From positions 76,087 to 140,086 of the forward strand of contig JASLVM010000001.1 in assembly GCA_030741355.1 (NCBI GenBank): a DNA stretch of 64,000 nt, given 5' to 3'. The translations under genes were made by a program, and so were the position numbers. The stretch's first letter is position 1, and each line of letters starts with the position of its first letter. Origin of the DNA: Poseidonia sp. (lineage in GTDB: Archaea; Thermoplasmatota; Poseidoniia; Poseidoniales; Poseidoniaceae). This document shows positions 16,966-26,230 of this stretch, piece by piece. The notes beneath the pieces are model-generated. The model was not told the origin of the DNA. It made no database searches and saw only the letters and a list, made by a program, of their open reading frames with translations.

Positions 16966-19900
16966 TCACGAGCGCTTGTTTTTTGCGAGGTTGAAAATGG
17001 CTCGGGATTGTTCAGCACTCCATCCAGTTTCTTGAAGTTGCATCAGCATCGTTCGTTCTTCTTCACCGTCGCCCATGGCGCCGACCACCCAGTCAACTGC
17101 AGCTTCTCTGTCCTCGGTTTGCCAATCTTCAAAGATGCTCAAGTCAACCTGAATCTTGGCTTTCCGGACCTTCGTTCCCGCCGGTTCATCTCCACCCTGC
17201 ACCACTTTCTTCCTGCTTGCTTTCTTTGGCTCTGCAGATTGTTTTGCCACCGGTGACTTGCTTGGACCTCGTCCGGGAGGGCCGCCCGTTCCTCGCTTGG
17301 GGGGACCTCCGCTTGCGCGACCTGGAGGCGAGGTCGGTCCAGGGCCTGAGGGGCCCTTTGCCCGTGCAGGCGCCTTTCGCTCCGGGGCAGCCCGGGTGCG
17401 AGTTGGTGTTGCAACGGCCTTTCGGTCGAGGCGGTCAAGGAAACTCTCCTCTTCTTCCTCGTCATCGTCAAAGAAGTCGTCGTAATCGTCATCATCTTCA
17501 TCGTCATCATCGCCCCCTCGGAGCACACGAACGAGCACCAACGTCAGGATGAGGAAGACCCCGAAACCGCCGAGTGCGAGCATGATGGTGCCCGCATCAA
17601 CTCCGAAGAGTCCTTCCTCACCGTCGCCTGAAGCCGGAATGTATGGGCACCCATCGTCGTACCCATCAACGCCTTTCGGGTCGTTGGGGCAGTTGTCCGA
17701 GTCGTCCATGACGCCGTCAAGGTCGGAGTCCCGTTCGGAGATGTGGCAACCTTCCTCGTCAACCTGCAAGCCAGGTGTGGTTTTCGGACAGAAATCCGCG
17801 TTGGTGGCACCGGCCACGAATTGGCCGGGCCAAGAAGGATCTCTCGTGGCGTTCCAGGACGGGTCGCCCCAGTTGTCGCCATAGCCGTCAAAGTCGGAGT
17901 CTTTCCATTGCGTTGGGTCACCTCGAAGGGCAGCGGGTTCGTTTTCATCGCGCCACCCATCACCGTCATCATAGCATCCCAAGAAATCTATAGAAGAGGT
18001 CCCTGTTTCGGTGGGGCAGTCGTCAGCGTTGTTGGCTGGCGATGGATTGTCGCCGTAGCCATCCCCGTCTTGGTCAAACCACTGGGTCGCATCGCTGGGG
18101 AAGGCATCACCGGTTTGGTTCACATGCAGACCGGACACCGGGTCGATGTCGTAGGTGTAGACACCGCTGTAGCCATCACCGTCAAGGTCGGTATCAAGCG
18201 CACTCTCATCGGTGCACCCGTTAGCGAGGATGGGGAAGCCGGGCGGCGTATCGTCGCATGCGTCGTCCAAGTCGGAAAGACCGTCGCCATCAGTATCTCG
18301 CTGTGCTTGAGAACATCCGTTTTCGTCGACTTCTTGCCCAGCACCGGTGTTGGGGCAATCGTCCAGCGGGTCGTTAAGCCCATCACCGTCTGAATCAGAG
18401 GTGCGTTGTTCGTTGCTGCAACCATCGCCATCGACGGCAATACCGGACGGTGTATCGGGACACAGGTCAACGTTGTTCTTCACGCCATCATCGTCATCGT
18501 CGAGCTCGGATTGGGAACAGCCTTGCTCGTTGACCGATTCGCCAGCAGGCGTGTTCGGACAGAGCGTGTCAAGTTCGTTGATCACACCGTCGCCGTCGTT
18601 ATCCGCCACGTCAATGAGGCGGCATCCGACACCGTCGGTGCCGTCGAGCACACCGGCTTCATCGGGGCAGAAATCACCCTCAAAGCCTGTGGGATTGTCA
18701 CCAAAGCCGTCACCGTCCCGGTCTCGAGACTGGGTCTTTTCGGACGGGAAGGCATCACCGAGTTCGTCAATACGCAGGCCGGTGTCTTGGTCGATGTCGT
18801 ACACATAGGCGTCCGTGTACCCGTCGCCGTCAGCGTCAGGACACCCGTAGGCATACACCGACAAACTACGGCGGGTTGAGTTCCCCCATTCGGTTGGGCA
18901 GGCATCGAGTTGGATTCCTTCAGCGTTGGAGCCGTTGTACAGGGCCGTCCAGTTGTCGGCGTATCCATCGTCGTCCGTGTCGTTGGCCGCCGCTTTGCGA
19001 AGTGGGAAGCGGTCAGGATTGGTGGCGTTTTCCGATTGGTTATCGCCAAAACCGTCGCCGTCGCTGTCCTTCCATTGCGTGGGGTCAAACGGCCAGACAT
19101 CAGCCCCGTGAACGGTGGCGTTCCATTCGAAGATGCTCCCCTCATCCGAGGGATCGCTGGCGCCGTCTGCGTCGCTGTCAAGGCACCCGTTTCGGTCCCT
19201 GTACGAAGTCCCAAAGTCCCACGGGCAGTAATCACCGTGAACGGTATCGGTGTCGTTATCACCGTACCCGTCGCCATCGTAATCGGCATATTGTGAGGAC
19301 AAGTAAGGGAACAAGTCGCCTGGACCTGCGTTCGGGTCAAAGACGGGCACTGCACAGCAATCGACACCGTGATTATCGCCAAAGCCGTCATCATCGGTAT
19401 CGAGGGCTTGCTTCCAATTACTCTTGAATACATCACCGTCGAAATATTGAGCATCGTTGTCAGACCAGCCGTCCTGGTCGAGGTCCTCACAGCCAAAGCG
19501 GTCAATCCAGGATGTACCGCCTTCGTCATCGCACCCGTCGATTTCGTCCCGGTATCCATCGGTATCGTAATCGGCACAGCCTTGAATCACGAACGAGGAG
19601 GTGCCAAAAGATGTCGGGCAGGCATCAGGCAGAGGTCCAAGCGGGTTGTCGCCGTAGTTGTCGCTGTCACTGTCCTTCCATTGGTTGCCCACCGCTGGCA
19701 TGGCGTCGATGATGTCAAACACCAGGTCTCGGTCTTGGTCAGCGTACAATCGCAGCATGACCACGTCGTCATCGACCGTATCCCAATACGCCATGTGAAC
19801 GGTCCCGTTGCTGTCAAGCGTGGCGTGAACCGGTTCGTTGGTGGTGATGTCTCCGAACATGACCGACATCCAAGAAGCCGTCTGGTGCGAATGGTTGAGT

Positions 19901-22900
19901 TCAAGGGTGTTCACCGTCAATTGCTGAGTTGCGGGGTCGCTGGTCAACAAGAGCAGATGGTCGTCCACATGGACAAGGTCCCACGCCCCGTCGGCGGCCG
20001 CAGCGGGTCGCTCAGCGAGCGTGGCCCACACACCCGTTTCGTTCAGTCCCAGAACAGAAGAGATGGCGTTTCCACGGACGGCCAACATCGGGTGGTCGCC
20101 ACCAAGAAGGTCCAGACGGTATTCGTTGGTGGTACCGCTGGGTTGTGGTACCGTGTGCTCCTGCCAGTCGCTGCTTCCCGGCCACAGCTCATGCACACTC
20201 AGGGAGCCATCCGTGGTCAGGCTTGCCAAAAGAAGAGAACCGTTGGCCAAGGTCGTGAGTTGAAGTTCGCTGTTCAAATCAGAATGGTTGGTGATGTTGT
20301 GCCGGCTCAAGGTGCTTCCATCGTACACCCAAACAGCAAGGTGGGTACCGCTGCCGTTTGATGCGACCAAAGCGACCGCCAAGGAATCGTTTGAGAGCAC
20401 GGCAGTTGAGTGTTGCTTGGAAACGGCTTCACCCTCTTCTCCAAGGGTGGTCAAGGACCAACTTGAACCGCCTACGGCCAACTCCAGTTGGCTGGTTGGG
20501 TCGTGCCTGTAGACGAGATGAGGTGTGTCTTGGCTGTCAACGACAACCTCGATCGGAGCGGCGAGGTCGGCACTGTTGCGAACCATCTCGGTTGACCAAC
20601 CGGTAGCGCCTTGTGTGGCGGCAAAGATTTGTCTTCCAGCACCGGACGTGTAAGCAAGCACTTGTTCGTTATCGTGAGTGGACGTAGAGCCGAGCCATTG
20701 CCCCATGGTCCCGGTGGTAGCGACGTCTTGTTCCAGCGCGGTCATCGAAGAAGTGCTGTGCAGAACCATGGAGGTTCTGTTTTCAACCAACAGTACGGGT
20801 TGACCTGATGAGCGAACGTCAAAAGTCACCCCAAGGTGAGTGGTGTTGAGGCTGACCAAAGTTTGGTCGACCCATTGTCCCGATGGCGTGCCGTCGTTCA
20901 TGTGTTCAATCTTTGAAACGTGATGTCGTAGCGCATCAGCGTGCGTGAAGACAAGGCTGGTTTCGCCTCGTTTCGCCGTACCCAAGTCAAGACCGTTCAC
21001 GGTCCCCTGCTGGTTGAAGTTGATGGATTCCCAATCTCGCTCACTCAACAGGAGGTAGTCGAGACCGTAAGCATCACCACGAGTAGAAGAACGCAATGAG
21101 TAGGCCAAGTCGCTTAGACCGTCGCCGTCCACATCGCCATCAGCAGCCATTCGCATACCAAGGCGTTCGCTGCTGTTGCCCTCTGCGAGCAGTTGTCGGT
21201 CCGTGCTCAATCCGGTCTCAGAGCCGAGGAAGATCTCGATGCGACCCGAGGAGGAGCCCATACGACTTGAGATGTAAACGTCGTCGTAGCCGTCTTCGTT
21301 GATGTCGCCGGCCGCCACGACGGTTTCACCCACACGGGTGTTTGGGGTCGTGGGTTCAAACTTCCAATCAGCGTCGCCAGGGAGCAACCCGTTGGTTCCT
21401 TCAAACAGCCAGAGGACACCTGTTCCAAAGGCAGAGGAGGCGTTGAGCGGTTCCGTGATGATGTGTTCATCGTAGCCATCCCCGTTCAAGTCGCCAACGC
21501 ACGCCACGACCAAGCCGAATAATTTGCCCTGTATGAGCGAAGCCAGGGTATGGTCGGGCGTTCCGTTGTATCCGGTCGAAGAGCCGTAAAAATACTCGAT
21601 CGAGGAATAGGAAAGTGCGTCTTCGAATGAACCCGTGTTGCCTACGATGAGTTCATCGAAACCGTCGTTGTTGATATCGCAGCCCTCCAAAGAGCGCCCA
21701 AACAAGTCACCTTGTTTTGTTTGAGTGAGGTTTCGTAAGAGACTCAAGCCCGTTTCATTACTGGAATAGAGGTTCACTTTACCGGCATCGGGTTCAGAAG
21801 AACCGGTGTCCATGGAGTAATTGAGGGCCGTTATAGCGAGATAATCGCCAGCACCCGTGTGGTGAAGGACTTCAACCGCACTTCCAAGGGACTCGTTATC
21901 GAGCCCGGAAACTGTTGTCCAGGCTGTCGAGGAAACCCCCGATTCGTTGCCCAAAAAGACCTGAACCTGCCCGTGGCGCACCTCTGAATCGTTGGCGTGC
22001 GCCCAACCCGGAGCGCCAATGGCCAAATCCATGATGCCGTCGTTGTTGAGGTCGCCATGGTCCATGCCCGCACCGAAGTGGACGCCATCCCCCTCTCCAG
22101 CAAGAATCACATCGGGGACCTGAGAAAGCCCCTCCGTGGAGCCGTAGTATACGTCCACACGGCCGTTGTCAACATAGGTAAGGAGATCGGCATGGGGGGT
22201 GGAGATGACCAAGTCATCAAACCCGTCGTGGTTCAAATCCGAAAAGAGGAGGGTGCCTTCTTGCTCGTCGGTTTCACCTTCTCGAACGTCCTTTGGCGTA
22301 GGGTCCACGCGACCCGTGTCCTGCCCGGAAAGTGAACGGATGAGATTGAGGGTAAAGGTTGAGCCTGTCTGGGATGCGGTCGCCACCTGTTCGATGTTAT
22401 TGGCGTCCAGGTCCATGCCCAAGGCGTCAACGAGGTGTTCATCGCTCAGCAAGATGCGTACATCGTGCGTAAATCCATCAACACGAAGCAACACGACATC
22501 GCCGGTGTTCGTCCGCGAATACAGGACGTGGGCCACGCCATTTTCATCGATTTCCAGTTCGAAATCCTCTCCAACCGGACCGGCATCCAGAAGGTAGTTT
22601 GTCCAATATGCGCCGCTAAAGTTCACCTGGTGAAGGGCACCCGAAGCGGTCCTCATCAAGCCCCATTCAAGACCGCCCGGGGTGATGTCGAGGGCCAAAT
22701 GCGTTGGGTACACGTCTTCCATGATGGTTCGAATGTGCCAGCGTGCACCGTCCCAGTAGGTCGGGTTTTGGAGCGCATAGCGCCCCATTTTCAGGTCATC
22801 ACCATCGGCGTAGAGCACACGTGGAAGCTCGTTGGCGGTGATGGCGATGGCACAATCCACCAAATCAGAAGTGTTGGATGATGCGACCGTGTCAACCAGG

Positions 22901-23304
22901 GTGGTCGACCACTGGCCGTTTGGACGATGGGTGGCGGTGCGTACTGGGCCTTCCTCTGTGCTCCAGCAATAATGCTCCTTGTCGTGTCGCGTCAACTTCA
23001 TGTCCGGCGTCCCGTGATGTTCACTGCTCGAGGTGTTGAATTCTGTCGTCATCCACAGGTCAAACATGGACTCTTCCCGCACACCAACTTGGACCAGCCC
23101 GTCCACGTCGATGGTGGACGAACCAAGGTCATGCCCGTAGCCTGATTCCAGCGAATAAGGAGCGGTTTGAAGGACTGAATTGGCTTCATCCAGCGGTTCT
23201 TGTTCGGGTTGTTGGGACAGGACAGGGGCCCACAAGGAGACCACAAAAAGGAGGGTGAGCATGACGCTCTTGAGTTGAATATTCTGAAATTCGACGCCCG
23301 CCAT
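16966..23304 (-). CDS. Giant (2112 aa) type-I membrane surface protein with integrin-alpha-like FG-GAP repeats and many thrombospondin-type-3 Ca-binding repeats, a single C-terminal TM and a roughly 190-aa cytoplasmic tail.
   Basis: Signal peptide MAGVEFQNIQLKSVMLTLLFVVSLWAPVLSQ. FG-GAP blades are GDLNGDGYDEHII, GDINEDGYDDVYIS, CDINNDGFDELIVGN and GDLNNDGIMDLAIGAP. More than 20 TSP3-like DxDxDGxxDxxD repeats (WKDSDGDGFGDN, DSDGDGLNDPLDDCPN). TM GTIMLALGGFGVFLILTLVLV is followed by acidic then basic low-complexity tail. Confidence 0.85.
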   Translation of the reverse strand: MAGVEFQNIQLKSVMLTLLFVVSLWAPVLSQQPEQEPLDEANSVLQTAPYSLESGYGHDLGSSTIDVDGLVQVGVREESMFDLWMTTEFNTSSSEHHGTPDMKLTRHDKEHYCWSTEEGPVRTATHRPNGQWSTTLVDTVASSNTSDLVDCAIAITANELPRVLYADGDDLKMGRYALQNPTYWDGARWHIRTIMEDVYPTHLALDITPGGLEWGLMRTASGALHQVNFSGAYWTNYLLDAGPVGEDFELEIDENGVAHVLYSRTNTGDVVLLRVDGFTHDVRILLSDEHLVDALGMDLDANNIEQVATASQTGSTFTLNLIRSLSGQDTGRVDPTPKDVREGETDEQEGTLLFSDLNHDGFDDLVISTPHADLLTYVDNGRVDVYYGSTEGLSQVPDVILAGEGDGVHFGAGMDHGDLNNDGIMDLAIGAPGWAHANDSEVRHGQVQVFLGNESGVSSTAWTTVSGLDNESLGSAVEVLHHTGAGDYLAITALNYSMDTGSSEPDAGKVNLYSSNETGLSLLRNLTQTKQGDLFGRSLEGCDINNDGFDELIVGNTGSFEDALSYSSIEYFYGSSTGYNGTPDHTLASLIQGKLFGLVVACVGDLNGDGYDEHIITEPLNASSAFGTGVLWLFEGTNGLLPGDADWKFEPTTPNTRVGETVVAAGDINEDGYDDVYISSRMGSSSGRIEIFLGSETGLSTDRQLLAEGNSSERLGMRMAADGDVDGDGLSDLAYSLRSSTRGDAYGLDYLLLSERDWESINFNQQGTVNGLDLGTAKRGETSLVFTHADALRHHVSKIEHMNDGTPSGQWVDQTLVSLNTTHLGVTFDVRSSGQPVLLVENRTSMVLHSTSSMTALEQDVATTGTMGQWLGSTSTHDNEQVLAYTSGAGRQIFAATQGATGWSTEMVRNSADLAAPIEVVVDSQDTPHLVYRHDPTSQLELAVGGSSWSLTTLGEEGEAVSKQHSTAVLSNDSLAVALVASNGSGTHLAVWVYDGSTLSRHNITNHSDLNSELQLTTLANGSLLLASLTTDGSLSVHELWPGSSDWQEHTVPQPSGTTNEYRLDLLGGDHPMLAVRGNAISSVLGLNETGVWATLAERPAAAADGAWDLVHVDDHLLLLTSDPATQQLTVNTLELNHSHQTASWMSVMFGDITTNEPVHATLDSNGTVHMAYWDTVDDDVVMLRLYADQDRDLVFDIIDAMPAVGNQWKDSDSDNYGDNPLGPLPDACPTSFGTSSFVIQGCADYDTDGYRDEIDGCDDEGGTSWIDRFGCEDLDQDGWSDNDAQYFDGDVFKSNWKQALDTDDDGFGDNHGVDCCAVPVFDPNAGPGDLFPYLSSQYADYDGDGYGDNDTDTVHGDYCPWDFGTSYRDRNGCLDSDADGASDPSDEGSIFEWNATVHGADVWPFDPTQWKDSDGDGFGDNQSENATNPDRFPLRKAAANDTDDDGYADNWTALYNGSNAEGIQLDACPTEWGNSTRRSLSVYAYGCPDADGDGYTDAYVYDIDQDTGLRIDELGDAFPSEKTQSRDRDGDGFGDNPTGFEGDFCPDEAGVLDGTDGVGCRLIDVADNDGDGVINELDTLCPNTPAGESVNEQGCSQSELDDDDDGVKNNVDLCPDTPSGIAVDGDGCSNEQRTSDSDGDGLNDPLDDCPNTGAGQEVDENGCSQAQRDTDGDGLSDLDDACDDTPPGFPILANGCTDESALDTDLDGDGYSGVYTYDIDPVSGLHVNQTGDAFPSDATQWFDQDGDGYGDNPSPANNADDCPTETGTSSIDFLGCYDDGDGWRDENEPAALRGDPTQWKDSDFDGYGDNWGDPSWNATRDPSWPGQFVAGATNADFCPKTTPGLQVDEEGCHISERDSDLDGVMDDSDNCPNDPKGVDGYDDGCPYIPASGDGEEGLFGVDAGTIMLALGGFGVFLILTLVLVRVLRGGDDDDEDDDDYDDFFDDDEEEEESFLDRLDRKAVATPTRTRAAPERKAPARAKGPSGPGPTSPPGRASGGPPKRGTGGPPGRGPSKSPVAKQSAEPKKASRKKVVQGGDEPAGTKVRKAKIQVDLSIFEDWQTEDREAAVDWVVGAMGDGEEERTMLMQLQETGWSAEQSRAIFNLAKNKRS

Positions 23305-23351
23305 GGCCGAAGCAGAGCCTCCAACCTAGAAAATCATTGTTCAGCCCGGCC

Positions 23352-23370
23352 TGACCCCCATAGGGGGTCA
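23352..23370. promoter_or_regulatory. Perfect 19-bp palindrome TGACCCCC-ATA-GGGGGTCA in the divergent intergenic region between the giant surface-protein gene and the thiamine pyrophosphokinase gene.
   Basis: 8-bp arms with a 3-nt centre, read directly. It cannot act as a terminator for either diverging gene. Operator-like. Confidence 0.4.
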
Positions 23371-23427
23371 AATCACCCATTGGCGCCCACCGCTGGTTTG
23401 AGAAAGGCGAGCCCAGCGTCCAGTTGC

Positions 23428-24084
23428 ATGAAGTCCGCAAGCTGCGTCATTTTCACAGCGGGCGACTGGTGCAACCTCGACATGATTCGGCCACATCTCG
23501 AACATCAGCCAACTGTCCTTGCTTGCGACGGGGCACTTGCCACCTGTCTGGAAAATGGTATCGTTCCCGACGCCGTCGTCGGCGACATGGACAGCGTCGA
23601 TGCGTCCGTCGTCAAACGATTTGTTGATCTTGACGGCCGGGTTCATCGAAGAGAAGAACAAGACAGCCATGACTTGAGCAAAGCCTTGGTGTTGGCCGAA
23701 GAATGGGGCCATCTGTCATGCCTCGTCGTGGGGGCAACGGGAGGAGACCGGGAACACGAGTGGGCCAACCTCCTGACGTGTGCGGCCTCAACCATCGACA
23801 TTGAATGCCTCGGAAACCTCCATACGCATCGGTTTTTCTCCCATGACAAGGAACATTCTATAGAAATTGGAGCGGGAGAAAAGTTCTCACTCTTTGGCCT
23901 GCCGATCGCTGAAGGCATCTCCCTCTCCGGGGCAAAATACACGCTCGAAAAAGCAACGCTGAACATGGGCTCCAAAGGGCTTCATAACGTCGCCGTCGGC
24001 TCGGCGTTGAACATCACGTACTCGGAGGGGCGACTCATGCTTCTGAAACATCATCCTTCGGTGAAGGCGGAAGAAAGGTCCTGA
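23428..24084 (+). CDS. Thiamine pyrophosphokinase.
   Basis: LACDGALATCLENGIVPDAVVGDMDSVD matches the TPK catalytic motif (aDGGan...ivGDfDSi). The start was moved to the ATG at 23428 because ORF-track 23200 overlaps the divergent giant gene. Confidence 0.65.
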   Translation: MKSASCVIFTAGDWCNLDMIRPHLEHQPTVLACDGALATCLENGIVPDAVVGDMDSVDASVVKRFVDLDGRVHRREEQDSHDLSKALVLAEEWGHLSCLVVGATGGDREHEWANLLTCAASTIDIECLGNLHTHRFFSHDKEHSIEIGAGEKFSLFGLPIAEGISLSGAKYTLEKATLNMGSKGLHNVAVGSALNITYSEGRLMLLKHHPSVKAEERS

Positions 24085-24916
24085 GCATCGCTGAATAATC
24101 CTCTTCGCCATCCCAAGCCTGAGCCTTTTCATCGATACGGGCTTTCTCAAGCGTGGTCTCAAAACCGCCCCAATCCTCAATGAGTTTGAGACGGAACGCG
24201 GCTTTTGGCGTGTATCCTGGAAGGAAATTCCTCCAAAGGAAAGGAATACGTCCGGGCGTGACTTTGTTGACGATCTTGACGATGGAGGTGTTACATGTGG
24301 TCAACAAGGAGTGATACCATTCGGGGTTCACGGCCAAGTCGTTGAGTTTCCGAATCATCCCAAACAGCAATTCCTTGTCCTTACCGGGCGGAGTAACGGC
24401 TCGGAACATGTAGTCGCGGTTCTTTCTTCCGTGGGTTCGAAGTCCGGTAACATCTCGCTCAAACCCAACCAAGAGGTAGAGTTCGTAAGCCCGCCACATT
24501 CCGTCCCAGGGGTGGTAGCGCTCGTTTTTTTCACGACGTGTTTCAAAGGAAAAAGAAAGACACGTGCCGCAGCCAAATTCGAACGTCAAGTAGGTGTGAG
24601 CAAGTCCTTTCAAAGAATGGAAATGGTCAACCATGAACCAAATGTGTTTGAGGTCGTTCCCGTCAACTTCGACGTTCTCAACCCAATTTTCATCGCGGTC
24701 GCGGGTGGTCCTCCAGGTGAAATCACGAACCATGTGAAAGGTGATTTTTGAGCCTTCAACCGTGGCGGTCGTCAGGTGCTCACAATCGGCAGCCCACTCA
24801 AGTTCCAAGGAAGGCTCAAGTGGGCGAATACGGGTGTACCAGACGTAGAAGAGACGAATCGAGACCACAAGAGCAAGGCCGGCGACAGCCATCAAGAGAT
24901 AATTCAACCAACCCAT
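24035..24916 (-). CDS. Hypothetical N-terminally membrane-anchored protein, last gene of the TSP3 operon.
   Basis: N-terminal TM MGWLNYLLMAVAGLALVVSIRLFYVWY. No recognisable catalytic motif. Its start abuts the stop of the upstream gene. Confidence 0.45.
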   Translation of the reverse strand: MGWLNYLLMAVAGLALVVSIRLFYVWYTRIRPLEPSLELEWAADCEHLTTATVEGSKITFHMVRDFTWRTTRDRDENWVENVEVDGNDLKHIWFMVDHFHSLKGLAHTYLTFEFGCGTCLSFSFETRREKNERYHPWDGMWRAYELYLLVGFERDVTGLRTHGRKNRDYMFRAVTPPGKDKELLFGMIRKLNDLAVNPEWYHSLLTTCNTSIVKIVNKVTPGRIPFLWRNFLPGYTPKAAFRLKLIEDWGGFETTLEKARIDEKAQAWDGEEDYSAMLRTFLPPSPKDDVSEA

Positions 24917-26230
24917 CTATTCCCACCTGTGCCAAATGCTCCATTCTTGGTCCCACCAGTCAACCTCTCCACCGGGGTGTTGACGCCAAAGCACGCCTTG
25001 GTCGTCGAGGGTGGTCGGCAGCCCTTGCGTGTCAGGTGAGCCATCGGCAAGGACCTGGGGGGTGGGCCCAAGGGCCGGGAGTTCGAGAGCCTCGGGCTCT
25101 TTGTTTCGCACCAAGACGACAAAGACCACGATGGAAACAAGGAACGCCAAAACACCGATGGAAAGCCAACCGACCGATTCGGTTGGCGTGTCCATTCCGA
25201 GCGAGGAAGACGGGAGGTTTGCCGATTCATTGGCTGAAAGGTCGGCGGCTGGAAGACGGATGAGGTTCACGCCCTCTATGGACGAGATCATCTTCTCGGT
25301 TACAACTTCAAGGGTGATGAGGTGGGCCCCAGCAGGAAGGGTGGAGCAGTCAAAGGTGCTGCCGTTGGCGCCATCAATCCGTTGACCCCTCACCGACCAG
25401 ACCTTATTCAAATCCGCATCTGAGCGCCCATCCTCAAGGATCATGCGAACCATGCATGGCGTGTCAGTGGCGTTTTGATGACCTGAAACCGAAAGCGAGA
25501 AATCGGGGGCTGGACGGTTGTTGATGGTGAAATTCAACGTACTCTCTGCGGTTTGCCCAAGGCCGTTTCGGTAGGTCTCTTTGAGCTCATAAGCACCCGC
25601 AGGCCACGAAGAACAATCCAACACACCGTGCGTGTCCAAGACACTGAAGGGGGCGCCGGTGAAGGTTCGAACGCCGGTTTCGCCGTAGCGAGGACCGGTT
25701 TCATCGGAAAATTCTCTGACGATTTCGCAGGTTTCGCCGGTTTGAAGTCCATTACCTGCATTGAGTTTGAGGGCTACTCGAGGCACATCCAAGGAAGGCG
25801 TGAGCATGAACGTCGGAAGCGGGTAGGAAGCGATGAAGTCGCCGTTTTCGTCCAAGAAGTCCAAGCGAAGGACATGCTCGCCTTTGGACCATGCATCGTA
25901 AACAAGGGTGATGTTGGTCTGTCCTTGGAAAGAGATTTCCTGGGTCTCAAGCACTTCTCTTTCCTTGTGCAAGCCTCGGAGTTTGACGATCAAGTCGTTG
26001 GATGCAGCGGTTGAATTCAAAACGACCACAACACGAACGGCATCGATATCGCCGTCTTGATTGGTATCGATGGTGTCGTTGCGAAGCGCGAGAAGGGTCA
26101 ACCCTTGTTCTGCCAACTGTTCTTCAGTGCTCAATTCAGCGGTGGCGGGCAACGGGAGAAGAAGGCACACCAGCAAAAGACCGATGAGAACGGCTCGAGG
26201 GCGGCTAGAGGCGTCATGCATTGGCATCAC
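24917..26230 (-). CDS. Secreted Ig-like / beta-sandwich type-I membrane protein with a Trp-rich cytoplasmic tail.
   Basis: Signal peptide MMPMHDASSRPRAVLIGLLLVCLLLPLPATA. C-terminal TM WLSIGVLAFLVSIVVFVVLV. Tail ends ...GGEVDWWDQEWSIWHRWE. The start overlaps the upstream gene's stop by 17 nt. Confidence 0.55.
   Translation of the reverse strand: MMPMHDASSRPRAVLIGLLLVCLLLPLPATAELSTEEQLAEQGLTLLALRNDTIDTNQDGDIDAVRVVVVLNSTAASNDLIVKLRGLHKEREVLETQEISFQGQTNITLVYDAWSKGEHVLRLDFLDENGDFIASYPLPTFMLTPSLDVPRVALKLNAGNGLQTGETCEIVREFSDETGPRYGETGVRTFTGAPFSVLDTHGVLDCSSWPAGAYELKETYRNGLGQTAESTLNFTINNRPAPDFSLSVSGHQNATDTPCMVRMILEDGRSDADLNKVWSVRGQRIDGANGSTFDCSTLPAGAHLITLEVVTEKMISSIEGVNLIRLPAADLSANESANLPSSSLGMDTPTESVGWLSIGVLAFLVSIVVFVVLVRNKEPEALELPALGPTPQVLADGSPDTQGLPTTLDDQGVLWRQHPGGEVDWWDQEWSIWHRWE

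Noticed and set aside
17743-20361. Multiple long antisense or alternate-frame ORFs inside the 2112-aa gene (for example 17743..18393, 18582..19577, 19369..20361).
   Set aside because: They are produced by the GC-rich, repeat-rich coding sequence of the giant gene. Their translations are low-complexity (Arg/Pro/Thr/Val-rich) with no motifs. The giant ORF has coherent domain structure across its whole length.
23305-23427. Possible TPP riboswitch upstream of thiamine pyrophosphokinase.
   Set aside because: The only structured element is a perfect DNA palindrome (TGACCCCCATAGGGGGTCA). There is no TPP-aptamer consensus (no CUGAGA/ACCUGAUCUGG-like segments). Archaeal TPP riboswitches are rare and TPK is not a usual target.
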